24,000 nucleotides of DNA from Spirosoma sordidisoli (GTDB taxonomy: Bacteria; Bacteroidota; Bacteroidia; Cytophagales; Spirosomataceae), in the NCBI RefSeq assembly GCF_004138325.1, contig NZ_SBLB01000001.1, forward strand, positions 1,039,855 to 1,063,854. Reading direction: 5' to 3'. Position 1 is the stretch's first letter; each line of letters starts with the position of its first letter. Position numbers and translations under genes: made by a program. The notes below the pieces were generated by a model. The model worked only from the letters and a program-made list of their open reading frames with translations, was not told the origin of the DNA and did not search any database. Below, in pieces: positions 1 through 7,657 of this stretch.

Positions 1-299
1 CGCTGCTAACGAACCAGGAACGCATGTACGGCTATGAAATAACGCAGGCCGTGAAAGAGCGTACGCGGGGGCAGCTCGTGCTCACCTTTGGCGCGCTTTA
101 CCCCGTTCTGCACAAGCTGGAGCAGGAGGGGCTGCTCATCACCGAATCGGTGGAAGTAGAAGGCCGGCTGCGCAAGTATTATTCGCTCACGCCCAGCGGT
201 ACCCAGGCGGCCCAGCAAAAAGTTTCTGAGTTCGAACGATTTGTTTCCTTGATGCGCTTACTCCTTCCTTCGCCTAAACTGGCCCTTAACAACTTATAA
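1..299 (+). CDS. PadR family transcriptional regulator (5' end outside window)
   Basis: The reading frame is open to the window edge (LLTNQER precedes the tracked Met). YGYEI...LTFGALYPVLHKLEQEGLI...YYSLT is the PadR winged-helix signature. The stop codon ends at 299. Confidence 0.8.
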   Translation, partial: LLTNQERMYGYEITQAVKERTRGQLVLTFGALYPVLHKLEQEGLLITESVEVEGRLRKYYSLTPSGTQAAQQKVSEFERFVSLMRLLLPSPKLALNNL

Positions 300-312
300 A
301 CGAATCTCGGTT

Positions 313-834
313 ATGGAAAAGCTAAACCCACAACAGGTTGCCCGGCTCTACGACCACCTGGTCCGCTCCGGCACGGATACCGACCTGCTCTCTGAACTAC
401 TCGACCATCTCGCCTGCGAAGTCGAATACTACATCTGGCTTGGTTTGCCGTTCGAGTCGGCCATGGACAAAGCACTGATGGAAGCCGACGTCAATGCGGT
501 TCAGACCCTGCGCCAGACCTACCAGCGGGAACTAAGCCTGAGCGGTCTGCAACTTGAGTCAGCCAGCAAGGACGACATCCTCTTCCAGTTCCGCAACAAG
601 GCCTACGGAGCCTATTACCTCCGGCAGGCCTACCCCACGGCGCTGCGCAATGCCTTTGGTCTGACGCTGGGCCTGTTTATGATGCTGATCGGGCTGATGC
701 ACATGATCGGTCGGGGTTCGTTTTCCTATTTCAGCATCTGGGGGGCGCTCTGGCTCGGTGGCCTCGTTGCGGTTACCCTGGCCAGTTTAAGCTGGTACCT
801 GGAAAACGAACGCCAGCGCATTCAGCTTGGGTAA
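313..834 (+). CDS. Hypothetical membrane protein, PadR-associated
   Basis: This 173-aa ORF starts 13 nt after the PadR stop. It has a soluble N-terminal half followed by two hydrophobic segments (LTLGLFMMLIGLMHMI, ALWLGGLVAVTLASL). I recognise no family. The position mirrors the common pairing of PadR with a membrane partner. Confidence 0.55.
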   Translation: MEKLNPQQVARLYDHLVRSGTDTDLLSELLDHLACEVEYYIWLGLPFESAMDKALMEADVNAVQTLRQTYQRELSLSGLQLESASKDDILFQFRNKAYGAYYLRQAYPTALRNAFGLTLGLFMMLIGLMHMIGRGSFSYFSIWGALWLGGLVAVTLASLSWYLENERQRIQLG

Positions 835-913
835 TCAACAGCTAAACGCCCGTTCGTTCAATCGGGCATCGATGTCTTCCTCTCTTGGCTGGTAGCCAGC
901 CGTTTACCACCCG

Positions 914-950
914 CCAAAAAGCCTGCCCCCTCATGGGTCAGGCTTTTTGG
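914..950 (+). terminator. Bidirectional intrinsic terminator-like hairpin
   Basis: CCAAAAAGCCTG (914-925) is the perfect reverse complement of CAGGCTTTTTGG (939-950), with a 13-nt loop. An A-tract lies before the stem and a T-tract after it. The element sits downstream of the 313-834 gene. Confidence 0.6.
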
Positions 951-1229
951 CGTTGCCGATTGCCGGTTTTGGGTTGCCTACCTGCCGTAATTTTGGTTTA
1001 TTACCGGCTTAAACGGAGCAGATCAACCTACCGGTTACGAGTTTTTTGCCCACTAGCCAACTTTTTTCTACTGACCAGGCTTATTGACAGGTCACCAATC
1101 CTACCAGCCATCTGATGGTCTCACCCAGTCATTTTCGACAGTCAGCCAACCGGAGTTGGTCGTCGTGGTTTCAACGCTCCGGACTACCTGCCGCCGATTC
1201 ATATACCCGATTTGTTTTTATACAGCCTC

Positions 1230-2495
1230 ATGAATTCTAACCTGAACGTTATTCTGGACGTCAGCATGCTGGGCATTGGCTTTTATCACAGACAGGCCAA
1301 GACGGGCGTAAGTCGCGTAGCCGAACAACTGCTTGATGGTCTGTGGCAGACCGACGACATCCAGCTTTCCCTGGCGGCTCCTACCCATCTGCCCGAAGCA
1401 ATGCGCTACGCCCGGGCGCATTTTGGCCCATCAGCCCCCGCCTTCGTGAATCGCCCGGCCGAACGAACGGTAGCCAGGCTAGAGAACGGGGTACTGAGCC
1501 CGTTTCCTGTTGGCAGTGTACCCAGCAAAGCTATTCGGGCGGGCGCGTACAAGCTTCGGAAACGTACCGGCTCCCATACTGCCCGATTCGACACCCGGTC
1601 CTGGCAGGGCCGCATCTATCACAGCCCTTTCTACGAAATTCCGGAAGCCATTGCGCAAAGCCGGGCAGTACAGAGCGTCCAGACGATCCATGACCTGATT
1701 CCGATTTTTCATCCCGAATGGTTTCCCGCTGGCGATAACAGTGTGCGGAGTATGCTGGCCCGGCTGAACCCCCGAACCCATATTGTCACTATATCGGAAG
1801 CAACCCGTAATGACTTTTGCCAGCATACCGGAACAGACCCGGCGCGGGTAACTCCCATTCATCTGGCGGCCTCTCCGGCCCTGTTTTACCCCGTCACGGA
1901 TCCTGACGCCCGGCAACGCGTTCGCCAGCGCTATCAGTTGGGCGATGCCCCTTACCTGCTTAGCCTGGCCACGTTCGAGCCCCGAAAAAACCTGGATCGG
2001 CTGATTCGGGCTTTTGTAACAACAGCACAAAGTGGTGATCTACCGGCCGAGGTCAAACTGGTACTCGTTGGCGCCAGGGGCTGGAAACTGGATCAGATTC
2101 TGAACGAACTGGCCAGTCACCAGGCGCTGCAATCCCGGATCGTCGTGACCGGGTTCGTTCCTGATGCCGAGCTGGCCTCCCTGTATTCGGGGGCAACGGG
2201 GTTTGTTTACCCGTCGCTGTATGAAGGGTTTGGACTGCCTCCGCTGGAAGCGATGCAATGCGGTTTGCCGGTTATCACCTCCCGCATACCCGCCATTCGG
2301 GAGGTAGTTGGCGAGGCTGCCCTGTACGTCTCCCCCACCGATACCGATGATTTATGCCAGGCTATGGTGAAGCTGGTCAGTTCGGATACCCTCCGCGCCG
2401 ATCTGGCTCAGCAGGGCCTGCAGCGGGCTCGCCTGTTTTCGTGGAGCCGATTCGTAGCCGAGCATGTAGCCCTGTACCGGCGGATAGCAAGCTAA
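1230..2495 (+). CDS. Glycosyltransferase family 4 (GT-B, glycosyl transferases group 1)
   Basis: The C-terminal EGFGLPPLEAMQCGLPVITS motif is typical of GT4. The ORF is open from a TTG at 1212, but the ATG at 1230 (MNSNLNVILD) is the more likely start. Confidence 0.85.
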   Translation: MNSNLNVILDVSMLGIGFYHRQAKTGVSRVAEQLLDGLWQTDDIQLSLAAPTHLPEAMRYARAHFGPSAPAFVNRPAERTVARLENGVLSPFPVGSVPSKAIRAGAYKLRKRTGSHTARFDTRSWQGRIYHSPFYEIPEAIAQSRAVQSVQTIHDLIPIFHPEWFPAGDNSVRSMLARLNPRTHIVTISEATRNDFCQHTGTDPARVTPIHLAASPALFYPVTDPDARQRVRQRYQLGDAPYLLSLATFEPRKNLDRLIRAFVTTAQSGDLPAEVKLVLVGARGWKLDQILNELASHQALQSRIVVTGFVPDAELASLYSGATGFVYPSLYEGFGLPPLEAMQCGLPVITSRIPAIREVVGEAALYVSPTDTDDLCQAMVKLVSSDTLRADLAQQGLQRARLFSWSRFVAEHVALYRRIAS

Positions 2496-2514
2496 TTTAC
2501 CCGCTTATAAAAGA

Positions 2515-2541
2515 GACGGCCCACTCAATGAGCGGGCCGTC
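2515..2541 (+). terminator. GC-rich hairpin after the GT4 gene
   Basis: GACGGCCC (2515-2522) pairs with GGGCCGTC (2534-2541) around an 11-nt loop, 20 nt after the stop codon. There is no clear U-tract. Confidence 0.45.
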
Positions 2542-2960
2542 TGCTAAACACACCTAATTAAACAAATCCTGGTAGGCATGATTGGCACTAAGCTATACCT
2601 ACGTTAAAAACTATCTCTTCGATTTCAGTAGACTAAAGCAATTCCGACTTTGCTCCCTCGATTTAACAGCTGATTTACCAAGACCGTTTCAGTCGGGTCT
2701 TATCAGACGAGTTCGTGCGTTCAGAGTCATCGGTACGACCTTATAATTTTCTTAGGCGCTGAGGTTCCGGTCTGCCTATGCCGCAAACCCGGCTTGCGCA
2801 CCCCACCCATCTTTGATTCATCTCATTCTGTAGGGTGTATAATGATATAATATCAGGGAGGCACCAAATGTTTCAGTTGGCATGGCCCAAGAAAGACAGG
2901 GGTAGCAGCTGACGCACAGCCTGCTTCTTATCAGGTAGTATCGGGATGCGTGATGAGGTG

Positions 2961-3683
2961 TCAGCGCCCAAAACCCGGTGGAGCCCGGAGAGCGCCTTGT
3001 ACAAGACGGCCTGTGATTACGTACCGGGTCGGCAAAAAATAATGGGTTCGGATTGATATGAGCAACGACCAGATTGGACCCGCTAAATAGGCGAATGAGC
3101 CGGACAGCCATTGCCCAACATGAACATCGGTCCGTTCATTCCAGTCCCGCCAGACGGCTGCCAATTCGGCTACGGGGCCGAAGCGGTCGGTCAGAAAATG
3201 GGTCAGCGCCGACGCCAGCCCTTCGTTCTGCCACGGCAGCGCACTGAAGCCTTCGGATGAGTCCGGGTTCAGAAACCGCTGATCAACACCCAGCAGGTAA
3301 ATACCTCCGCGACGGTCGTACCCAATCGGCAATTGCCCCTGCTGTAGCCGCGTGGCAGCCGTCAGCAGATCACTTACCCGCAGATCGGGGCAGTCGTCAC
3401 CCACAATGATAAGCTGGTTATAGCCCCTGGCCAGGGTTCTTGACATAGCCAGCTGAAGCTGCTCTCCGAACGGACGGGTGTAGTCGGCTGCGGTAAGCAG
3501 GGTACCCGATCGAACGCACACCAGACCGGCCGCCTGTATCTTGGCCCCGGTCAGTTCCGTCATACGCTCCCACAGCCGCTGGTTGCGAGCCATACGGCTT
3601 CCGGCCAGCTTCTTGCCAGCAGCCGTCCAGCACGCCGGGCGCGAGAACAATAAAACGGCTGTTGACAACGGAAAAACAGGCAT
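2961..3683 (-). CDS. DUF2064 / TIGR04282-like nucleotidyltransferase-fold protein
   Basis: AVLLFSRP near the N-terminus, IIVGDDCPDL and GGIYLLG motifs match my memory of DUF2064 proteins. The ATG at 3683 is preferred over the upstream TTG at 3704. The last ~50 aa look like low-complexity read-through, so the 3' end is uncertain. Confidence 0.6.
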   Translation of the reverse strand: MPVFPLSTAVLLFSRPACWTAAGKKLAGSRMARNQRLWERMTELTGAKIQAAGLVCVRSGTLLTAADYTRPFGEQLQLAMSRTLARGYNQLIIVGDDCPDLRVSDLLTAATRLQQGQLPIGYDRRGGIYLLGVDQRFLNPDSSEGFSALPWQNEGLASALTHFLTDRFGPVAELAAVWRDWNERTDVHVGQWLSGSFAYLAGPIWSLLISIRTHYFLPTRYVITGRLVQGALRAPPGFGR

Positions 3684-3827
3684 GTGAACAAATAAAGGCC
3701 ACAAATCAACGATGTAAATCTGTAAATTATATCATCTGCCCGACAAACCTAGGCAACGGTAGTTTATTCGCCTTCCTCGGCGGGTAACTTTCAGTTCGGC
3801 CTGACGTCAATCAAACTAAACATCGGC

Positions 3828-3835
3828 TATCTTTG
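3828..3835 (+). promoter_or_regulatory. Candidate Bacteroidota-type -7 promoter box upstream of kup
   Basis: TATCTTTG matches the TAnnTTTG -7 consensus described for Bacteroidota sigmaA promoters, 46 nt upstream of the kup ATG. I found no convincing -33 TTTG. Confidence 0.3.
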
Positions 3836-3880
3836 CCCCGTTTTATTCCGTTCTTGTAACGAAAGGCGTAAGCCTGTTTT

Positions 3881-5824
3881 ATGGAAGATAAGAAGCATTC
3901 AGACACCGTAACGGCCGCCGGTCTACTGGTGGCGATGGGTATCATTTACGGCGACATCGGCACCTCGCCCCTGTATACGCTTCGGGCTATTATCGGCGCC
4001 GATAATGTTATCCGGGCTGATGTTATATACGGCGCTTTATCCTGTATTTTCTGGACACTTACCCTGCAAACCACCGTCAAGTATGTGATCCTGATCCTGA
4101 GGGCCGACAACCGGGGTGAGGGTGGCATCTTTGCGCTGTACGCCCTGGTTCGTCGGCATGCCCGCTGGCTTACCTTACCGGCTATCATTGGCGGATCGGC
4201 CCTGCTCGCCGATGGGATCATTACCCCGCCTATCTCCGTGTCTTCTGCCATCGAAGGCCTGCGGCAGCTCTACCCCAACATAGAAACCATTCCGATCGTC
4301 ATTGCGATTCTGACAATACTATTCCTGATTCAGGCCTTCGGCACCAGTGTGGTCGGTACGACTTTCGGTCCGATCATGCTGATCTGGTTTTCGATGCTGG
4401 CCGTGCTGGGTATTGCTCAGCTGGTACAGGCTCCGGGGATTCTGATTGCCCTTAACCCCTACTACGCCTGGTGGCTGCTAACTCAATACCCGGACGGATT
4501 CTGGCTGCTGGGATCGGTGTTCCTCTGTACTACCGGTGCCGAAGCGCTCTATTCGGACATGGGCCACTGCGGCCGCTCCAACATCCGGGTGAGCTGGGTG
4601 TTCGTCAAAACGGCCCTTCTCCTGAACTACTTCGGTCAGGGAGCCTGGCTGCTGAGCATCGAAGGGCAGAAGCTCTCCGAACGCATTCCCTTTTACCAGG
4701 TGATGCCCGGCTGGTTCCTGACAATTGGCATTGGCATTGCCACGATGGCCACTGTTATTGCCAGTCAGGCGCTGATTAGTGGGTCGTTTACGCTGATTAG
4801 CGAAGCCATCCGGCTCAACTTCTGGCCCAAGGTACGGCTGCGTTACCCCAGCGTTCAGAAAGGGCAGCTGTACGTACCCAGTGTCAATTTATTGCTCTGG
4901 GCGGGTTGCGTGGGGGTCGTTCTGTATTTCCGGGAGTCGAGCAATATGGAAGCCGCCTACGGGCTGGCCATCACGCTGACCATGCTGATGACAACCCTGC
5001 TGATGACCTACTATCTGTATACGCACAAATACCAGGCGTGGGGAGTAGTACTTTTTTTAACGGTTTATCTGGGTATTGAAGGGTCGTTCCTGATTGCCAA
5101 CCTGATCAAATTCCCGCACGGAGGCTGGGTATCGGTATTCATCGGCGCTTCGATCGCCAGCGTGATGTACATCTGGCTACAGGCGTTCCAGATCAAACTT
5201 CGCCTGACGGAGTACGTTCGTATCGACCAGTACATTCAGGCCATCAAGGAGCTGAGCCGCGACATCAGCATTCCCAAATATGCGACCCATCTGGTATTCA
5301 TGAGCAACGCGGCCCGTCAGTCGGAGATCGAATCGAAAATCATTTATTCGATCTTTCAGAAGCGACCAAAACGGGCCGATATCTACTGGTTTGTGCATGT
5401 TGATACGACGGATGATCCATATACGATGGAGTACAAGGTAAACACGATCGCTCCCGACGACGCCTATAAAATCACCTTCAAACTGGGGTTCCGGGTCGAG
5501 CAGCGGATCAATCTGTTCTTCAGGAAGGTAATCGAAGACATGGTGAAGAATAAGGAAGTGGACATCACCAGCCGCTACGAATCGCTCAGCCGGCAGAACG
5601 TAATCGGCGATTTCCGGTTCGTTGTTCTCGAGAAATTTCTGTCGTTCGAAAATGAGCTGCCCGCCCGCGAACGGCTGATCATGAACATTTACTTTACCAT
5701 CAAGGGCTTCACCACGCCCGAAGACCGCTGGTTTGGTCTGGACAGCAGCTCGGTCAAGGTCGAAAAAGTCCCCCTCGTTATTCGCCCGGTCGAAAACGTG
5801 AAACTCAAACGCATTGCATCCTAA
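3881..5824 (+). CDS. kup: KUP/HAK/KT family potassium transporter
   Basis: 647 aa. The N-terminal GDIGTSPLYT signature is present, followed by about 12 hydrophobic segments and a cytoplasmic C-terminal domain of about 200 aa, as in Kup. Confidence 0.95.
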   Translation: MEDKKHSDTVTAAGLLVAMGIIYGDIGTSPLYTLRAIIGADNVIRADVIYGALSCIFWTLTLQTTVKYVILILRADNRGEGGIFALYALVRRHARWLTLPAIIGGSALLADGIITPPISVSSAIEGLRQLYPNIETIPIVIAILTILFLIQAFGTSVVGTTFGPIMLIWFSMLAVLGIAQLVQAPGILIALNPYYAWWLLTQYPDGFWLLGSVFLCTTGAEALYSDMGHCGRSNIRVSWVFVKTALLLNYFGQGAWLLSIEGQKLSERIPFYQVMPGWFLTIGIGIATMATVIASQALISGSFTLISEAIRLNFWPKVRLRYPSVQKGQLYVPSVNLLLWAGCVGVVLYFRESSNMEAAYGLAITLTMLMTTLLMTYYLYTHKYQAWGVVLFLTVYLGIEGSFLIANLIKFPHGGWVSVFIGASIASVMYIWLQAFQIKLRLTEYVRIDQYIQAIKELSRDISIPKYATHLVFMSNAARQSEIESKIIYSIFQKRPKRADIYWFVHVDTTDDPYTMEYKVNTIAPDDAYKITFKLGFRVEQRINLFFRKVIEDMVKNKEVDITSRYESLSRQNVIGDFRFVVLEKFLSFENELPARERLIMNIYFTIKGFTTPEDRWFGLDSSSVKVEKVPLVIRPVENVKLKRIAS

Positions 5825-5833
5825 CTACAGAAC

Positions 5834-5893
5834 GACCGGGTGGAAGGGCAAACGAGCCCCGTACGAACCGCTCGTTTGCCCTTCCACCCGGTC
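5834..5893 (+). terminator. Intrinsic terminator, 24-bp perfect stem
   Basis: GACCGGGTGGAAGGGCAAACGAGC (5834-5857) is the perfect reverse complement of GCTCGTTTGCCCTTCCACCCGGTC (5870-5893), with a 12-nt loop, followed by ATTTTAG. It starts 10 nt after the kup stop. Confidence 0.75.
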
Positions 5894-5908
5894 ATTTTAG
5901 TCAATTTT

Positions 5909-6970
5909 ATGAAACTTCTCATCACCGGCGGGGCCGGTTTCGTTGGCTCCTCGATCGCCATCTCGCTAAAAAAGAACTACCCCAACTACCAGATTTTTGC
6001 CCTCGACAACCTCAAACGACGCGGCTCCGAGCTGAGTCTGGCGCGGTTGAAAGCGGCTGGTATCGAGTTTTTACACGGCGACATTCGCAACAAAGAGGAC
6101 TTCGACGCCCTGCCTGCTGTTGATGCGGTCATTGAAGCATCGGCCGAGCCGAGTGTACTGGCCGGCCTCGACGGTACACCCGATTACCTCATCAATACCA
6201 ACCTGTTCGGTACGGTCAATTGCCTCAACTACGCGCTCAAGCATAAAGCCAGTTTCATTTTTCTGTCAACAAGCCGCGTATACCCGATCAAAACGATCGA
6301 AACCTTAAACTTTGCCGAAGCCGAAACCCGCTTCGTGCTGACCGACGATCAGCCGGTTCCGGGCGTTTCGTCGAAAGGGATCGCCGAGAATTTCCCGCTC
6401 GACGGGGCGCGCTCGCTCTACGGAACAACCAAGCTAGCTTCGGAACTGCTCATTCAGGAGTACAACGAGTTTTACGGGCTGAAAACCGTTATTAACCGCT
6501 GTGGCGTCATTACCGGTCCGTGGCAGATGGGCAAGGTCGATCAGGGCGTCATGGTGCTCTGGATTGCCAAACATTACTTCGAACAGCAGCTGGCGTATAT
6601 AGGGTACGGTGGCACCGGCAAACAAACCCGCGACATGCTCCATATCGCCGATCTCTACCGACTGGTGGACTGGGAGCTGCACAACCTCGACGCCGTCAAC
6701 GGCGAAATACTGAACGCCGGCGGCAGCAACGAAAGCTCGGCTTCCCTGCAGGAGCTGACAGCGATTTGTCAGGAAGTAACGGGCAAAACCATTCCCATCA
6801 ACGCCGTAACCGAAAACCGGGCCGCCGACATCCGGCTTTACATCACCGACAACACCAAAGTAACGAACCTGACCGGCTGGAAGCCCGAATTAGGTATCCG
6901 CGAGATTGTCACCGACATCCACGACTGGTTAGATAGTAACAAGGATGCACTGGAGCCGATATTGAAGTAA
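5909..6970 (+). CDS. NAD-dependent epimerase/dehydratase, extended SDR (CDP-paratose 2-epimerase-like)
   Basis: MKLLITGGAGFVGS is a Rossmann start, and STSRVY ... YGTTK supplies the catalytic Ser/Tyr/Lys pattern. The tracked ORF start at 5840 lies inside the kup terminator hairpin, so the ATG at 5909 is preferred. Confidence 0.85.
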   Translation: MKLLITGGAGFVGSSIAISLKKNYPNYQIFALDNLKRRGSELSLARLKAAGIEFLHGDIRNKEDFDALPAVDAVIEASAEPSVLAGLDGTPDYLINTNLFGTVNCLNYALKHKASFIFLSTSRVYPIKTIETLNFAEAETRFVLTDDQPVPGVSSKGIAENFPLDGARSLYGTTKLASELLIQEYNEFYGLKTVINRCGVITGPWQMGKVDQGVMVLWIAKHYFEQQLAYIGYGGTGKQTRDMLHIADLYRLVDWELHNLDAVNGEILNAGGSNESSASLQELTAICQEVTGKTIPINAVTENRAADIRLYITDNTKVTNLTGWKPELGIREIVTDIHDWLDSNKDALEPILK

Positions 6971-7005
6971 TACGTATATTTTTCAACACCTTATTCTCTT
7001 TTCGT

Positions 7006-7035
7006 AAAAATGACCTAGCAAATCGGGTCATTTTT
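7006..7035 (+). terminator. Bidirectional terminator-like hairpin after the epimerase gene
   Basis: AAAAATGACC (7006-7015) is the reverse complement of GGTCATTTTT (7026-7035), with a 10-nt loop and an A-tract/T-tract arrangement. Confidence 0.6.
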
Positions 7036-7155
7036 CATTTATACACATGTGTGTCAATAGCTTATCCCCCTTATTAATGAATTATATAATTATAAAGCCG
7101 TATAATGTATACATAAATTGGCTATATTGACAGACTACTTTTAGCAGATTGTAAA

Positions 7156-7584
7156 ATGACAGTTGAGTCTCTTTGGAGTCAGGTTTCTGAAAGTAAGCTA
7201 CAAAAATTACTAATGTTGAAGCTTGTAGCAAAAAATGGTCAAAAAGACTTGAAGCCCAGTCGTTACATTGTTTTTCTTGACACACCCATGAAGGATGATG
7301 GAACTGACAATGATGAAGTAGCTGGTGATGGCATCTACACTTCAGTCGAGACAAAGGCAGTTAGTGCCGAGGAGCCAACCTTTCAGTACCTATACGCTAG
7401 TAAGGAGCTTCAATCAAAAGCAAGATACAGTTGGCCAAAACTGACCATAAAGTGTTCCGATTTCTGCCTTGTATTTAACGGACAGAAATGCTGTGGTCAA
7501 ACTTGTTCAAAAGGCTCCATTTTTGGTGACCACGCCTACGTCTGTATTGGCGGCTGCGGTTGCAGTTCTGAATTTTCCTGGTAG
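7156..7584 (+). CDS. Hypothetical 142-aa protein with 8-Cys C-terminal module
   Basis: An uninterrupted 142-codon ORF in AT-rich DNA, where stop codons should be frequent. It contains DDGTDNDEVAGDGIYT, which resembles a Ca-binding-type loop I recall from secreted beta-sandwich domains. The last 43 residues carry C-x3-C-x7-CC-x3-C-x12-C-x3-C-x-C. There is no signal peptide and no upstream in-frame start (a stop lies at 7114-7116). Confidence 0.5.
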   Translation: MTVESLWSQVSESKLQKLLMLKLVAKNGQKDLKPSRYIVFLDTPMKDDGTDNDEVAGDGIYTSVETKAVSAEEPTFQYLYASKELQSKARYSWPKLTIKCSDFCLVFNGQKCCGQTCSKGSIFGDHAYVCIGGCGCSSEFSW

Positions 7585-7592
7585 AAATTATA

Positions 7593-7639
7593 ATACCATT
7601 GATGTCAATGCTTAATGCTAGCATTGACATCAATGGTAT
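7593..7639 (+). terminator. 20-bp perfect hairpin (terminator/attenuator, or tandem operators)
   Basis: ATACCATTGATGTCAATGCT (7593-7612) is the reverse complement of AGCATTGACATCAATGGTAT (7620-7639), with a 7-nt loop, followed by TTTG. Each arm contains its own CATTGA-NN-TCAATG palindrome. Confidence 0.6.
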
Positions 7640-7657
7640 TTGTAAAATACTGCGTTC

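Noticed and set aside
885-1115. 76-aa ORF in the gap between the PadR partner gene and the GT4 gene.
   Set aside because: It reads straight through the 914-950 terminator hairpin and has an unusual Cys/Arg/Leu-rich composition, so it is probably non-coding.
1343-2030. Overlapping alternative-frame and antisense ORFs inside the GT4 gene (1343-1693, 1406-1615, 1479-2030, 1510-1698), with similar sets inside other genes (for example 10153-11019, 12419-13054, 19358-19876, 19913-20344, 20479-20967, 21789-22313, 22317-23000).
   Set aside because: These are shadow ORFs of the kind expected in GC-rich coding DNA. Their products are Arg/Pro/Gly-rich low-complexity sequence with no recognisable motifs, whereas the overlapping frame has clear family signatures.
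3705-3880. Possible c-di-AMP (ydaO/kimA-type) riboswitch in the kup leader, since K+ transporters are often under such control.
   Set aside because: I could not find the conserved pseudo-symmetric ACGGGGA/CCCG-type elements or any extended pairing. An Infernal scan against Rfam would be the decisive test.
7127-7157. Sigma70-style promoter TTGACA-N19-TAAAAT in front of the Cys-rich ORF, with TTGACA-N13-TAAAAT in front of the CPBP gene.
   Set aside because: The spacers of 19 and 13 nt are non-optimal and inconsistent with each other. The first -10 box overlaps the ATG, so the predicted transcript would miss the start codon. Bacteroidota sigmaA uses a different consensus. I kept only the observation that the motif recurs.
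7082-7354. 90-aa His/Cys-rich ORF antisense to the start of the Cys-rich protein gene.
   Set aside because: It runs through the AT-rich non-coding leader and has no recognisable motif, whereas the plus-strand frame is longer and contains the DDGxDxDxxAGDGIYT motif. It is not fully excluded without expression data.
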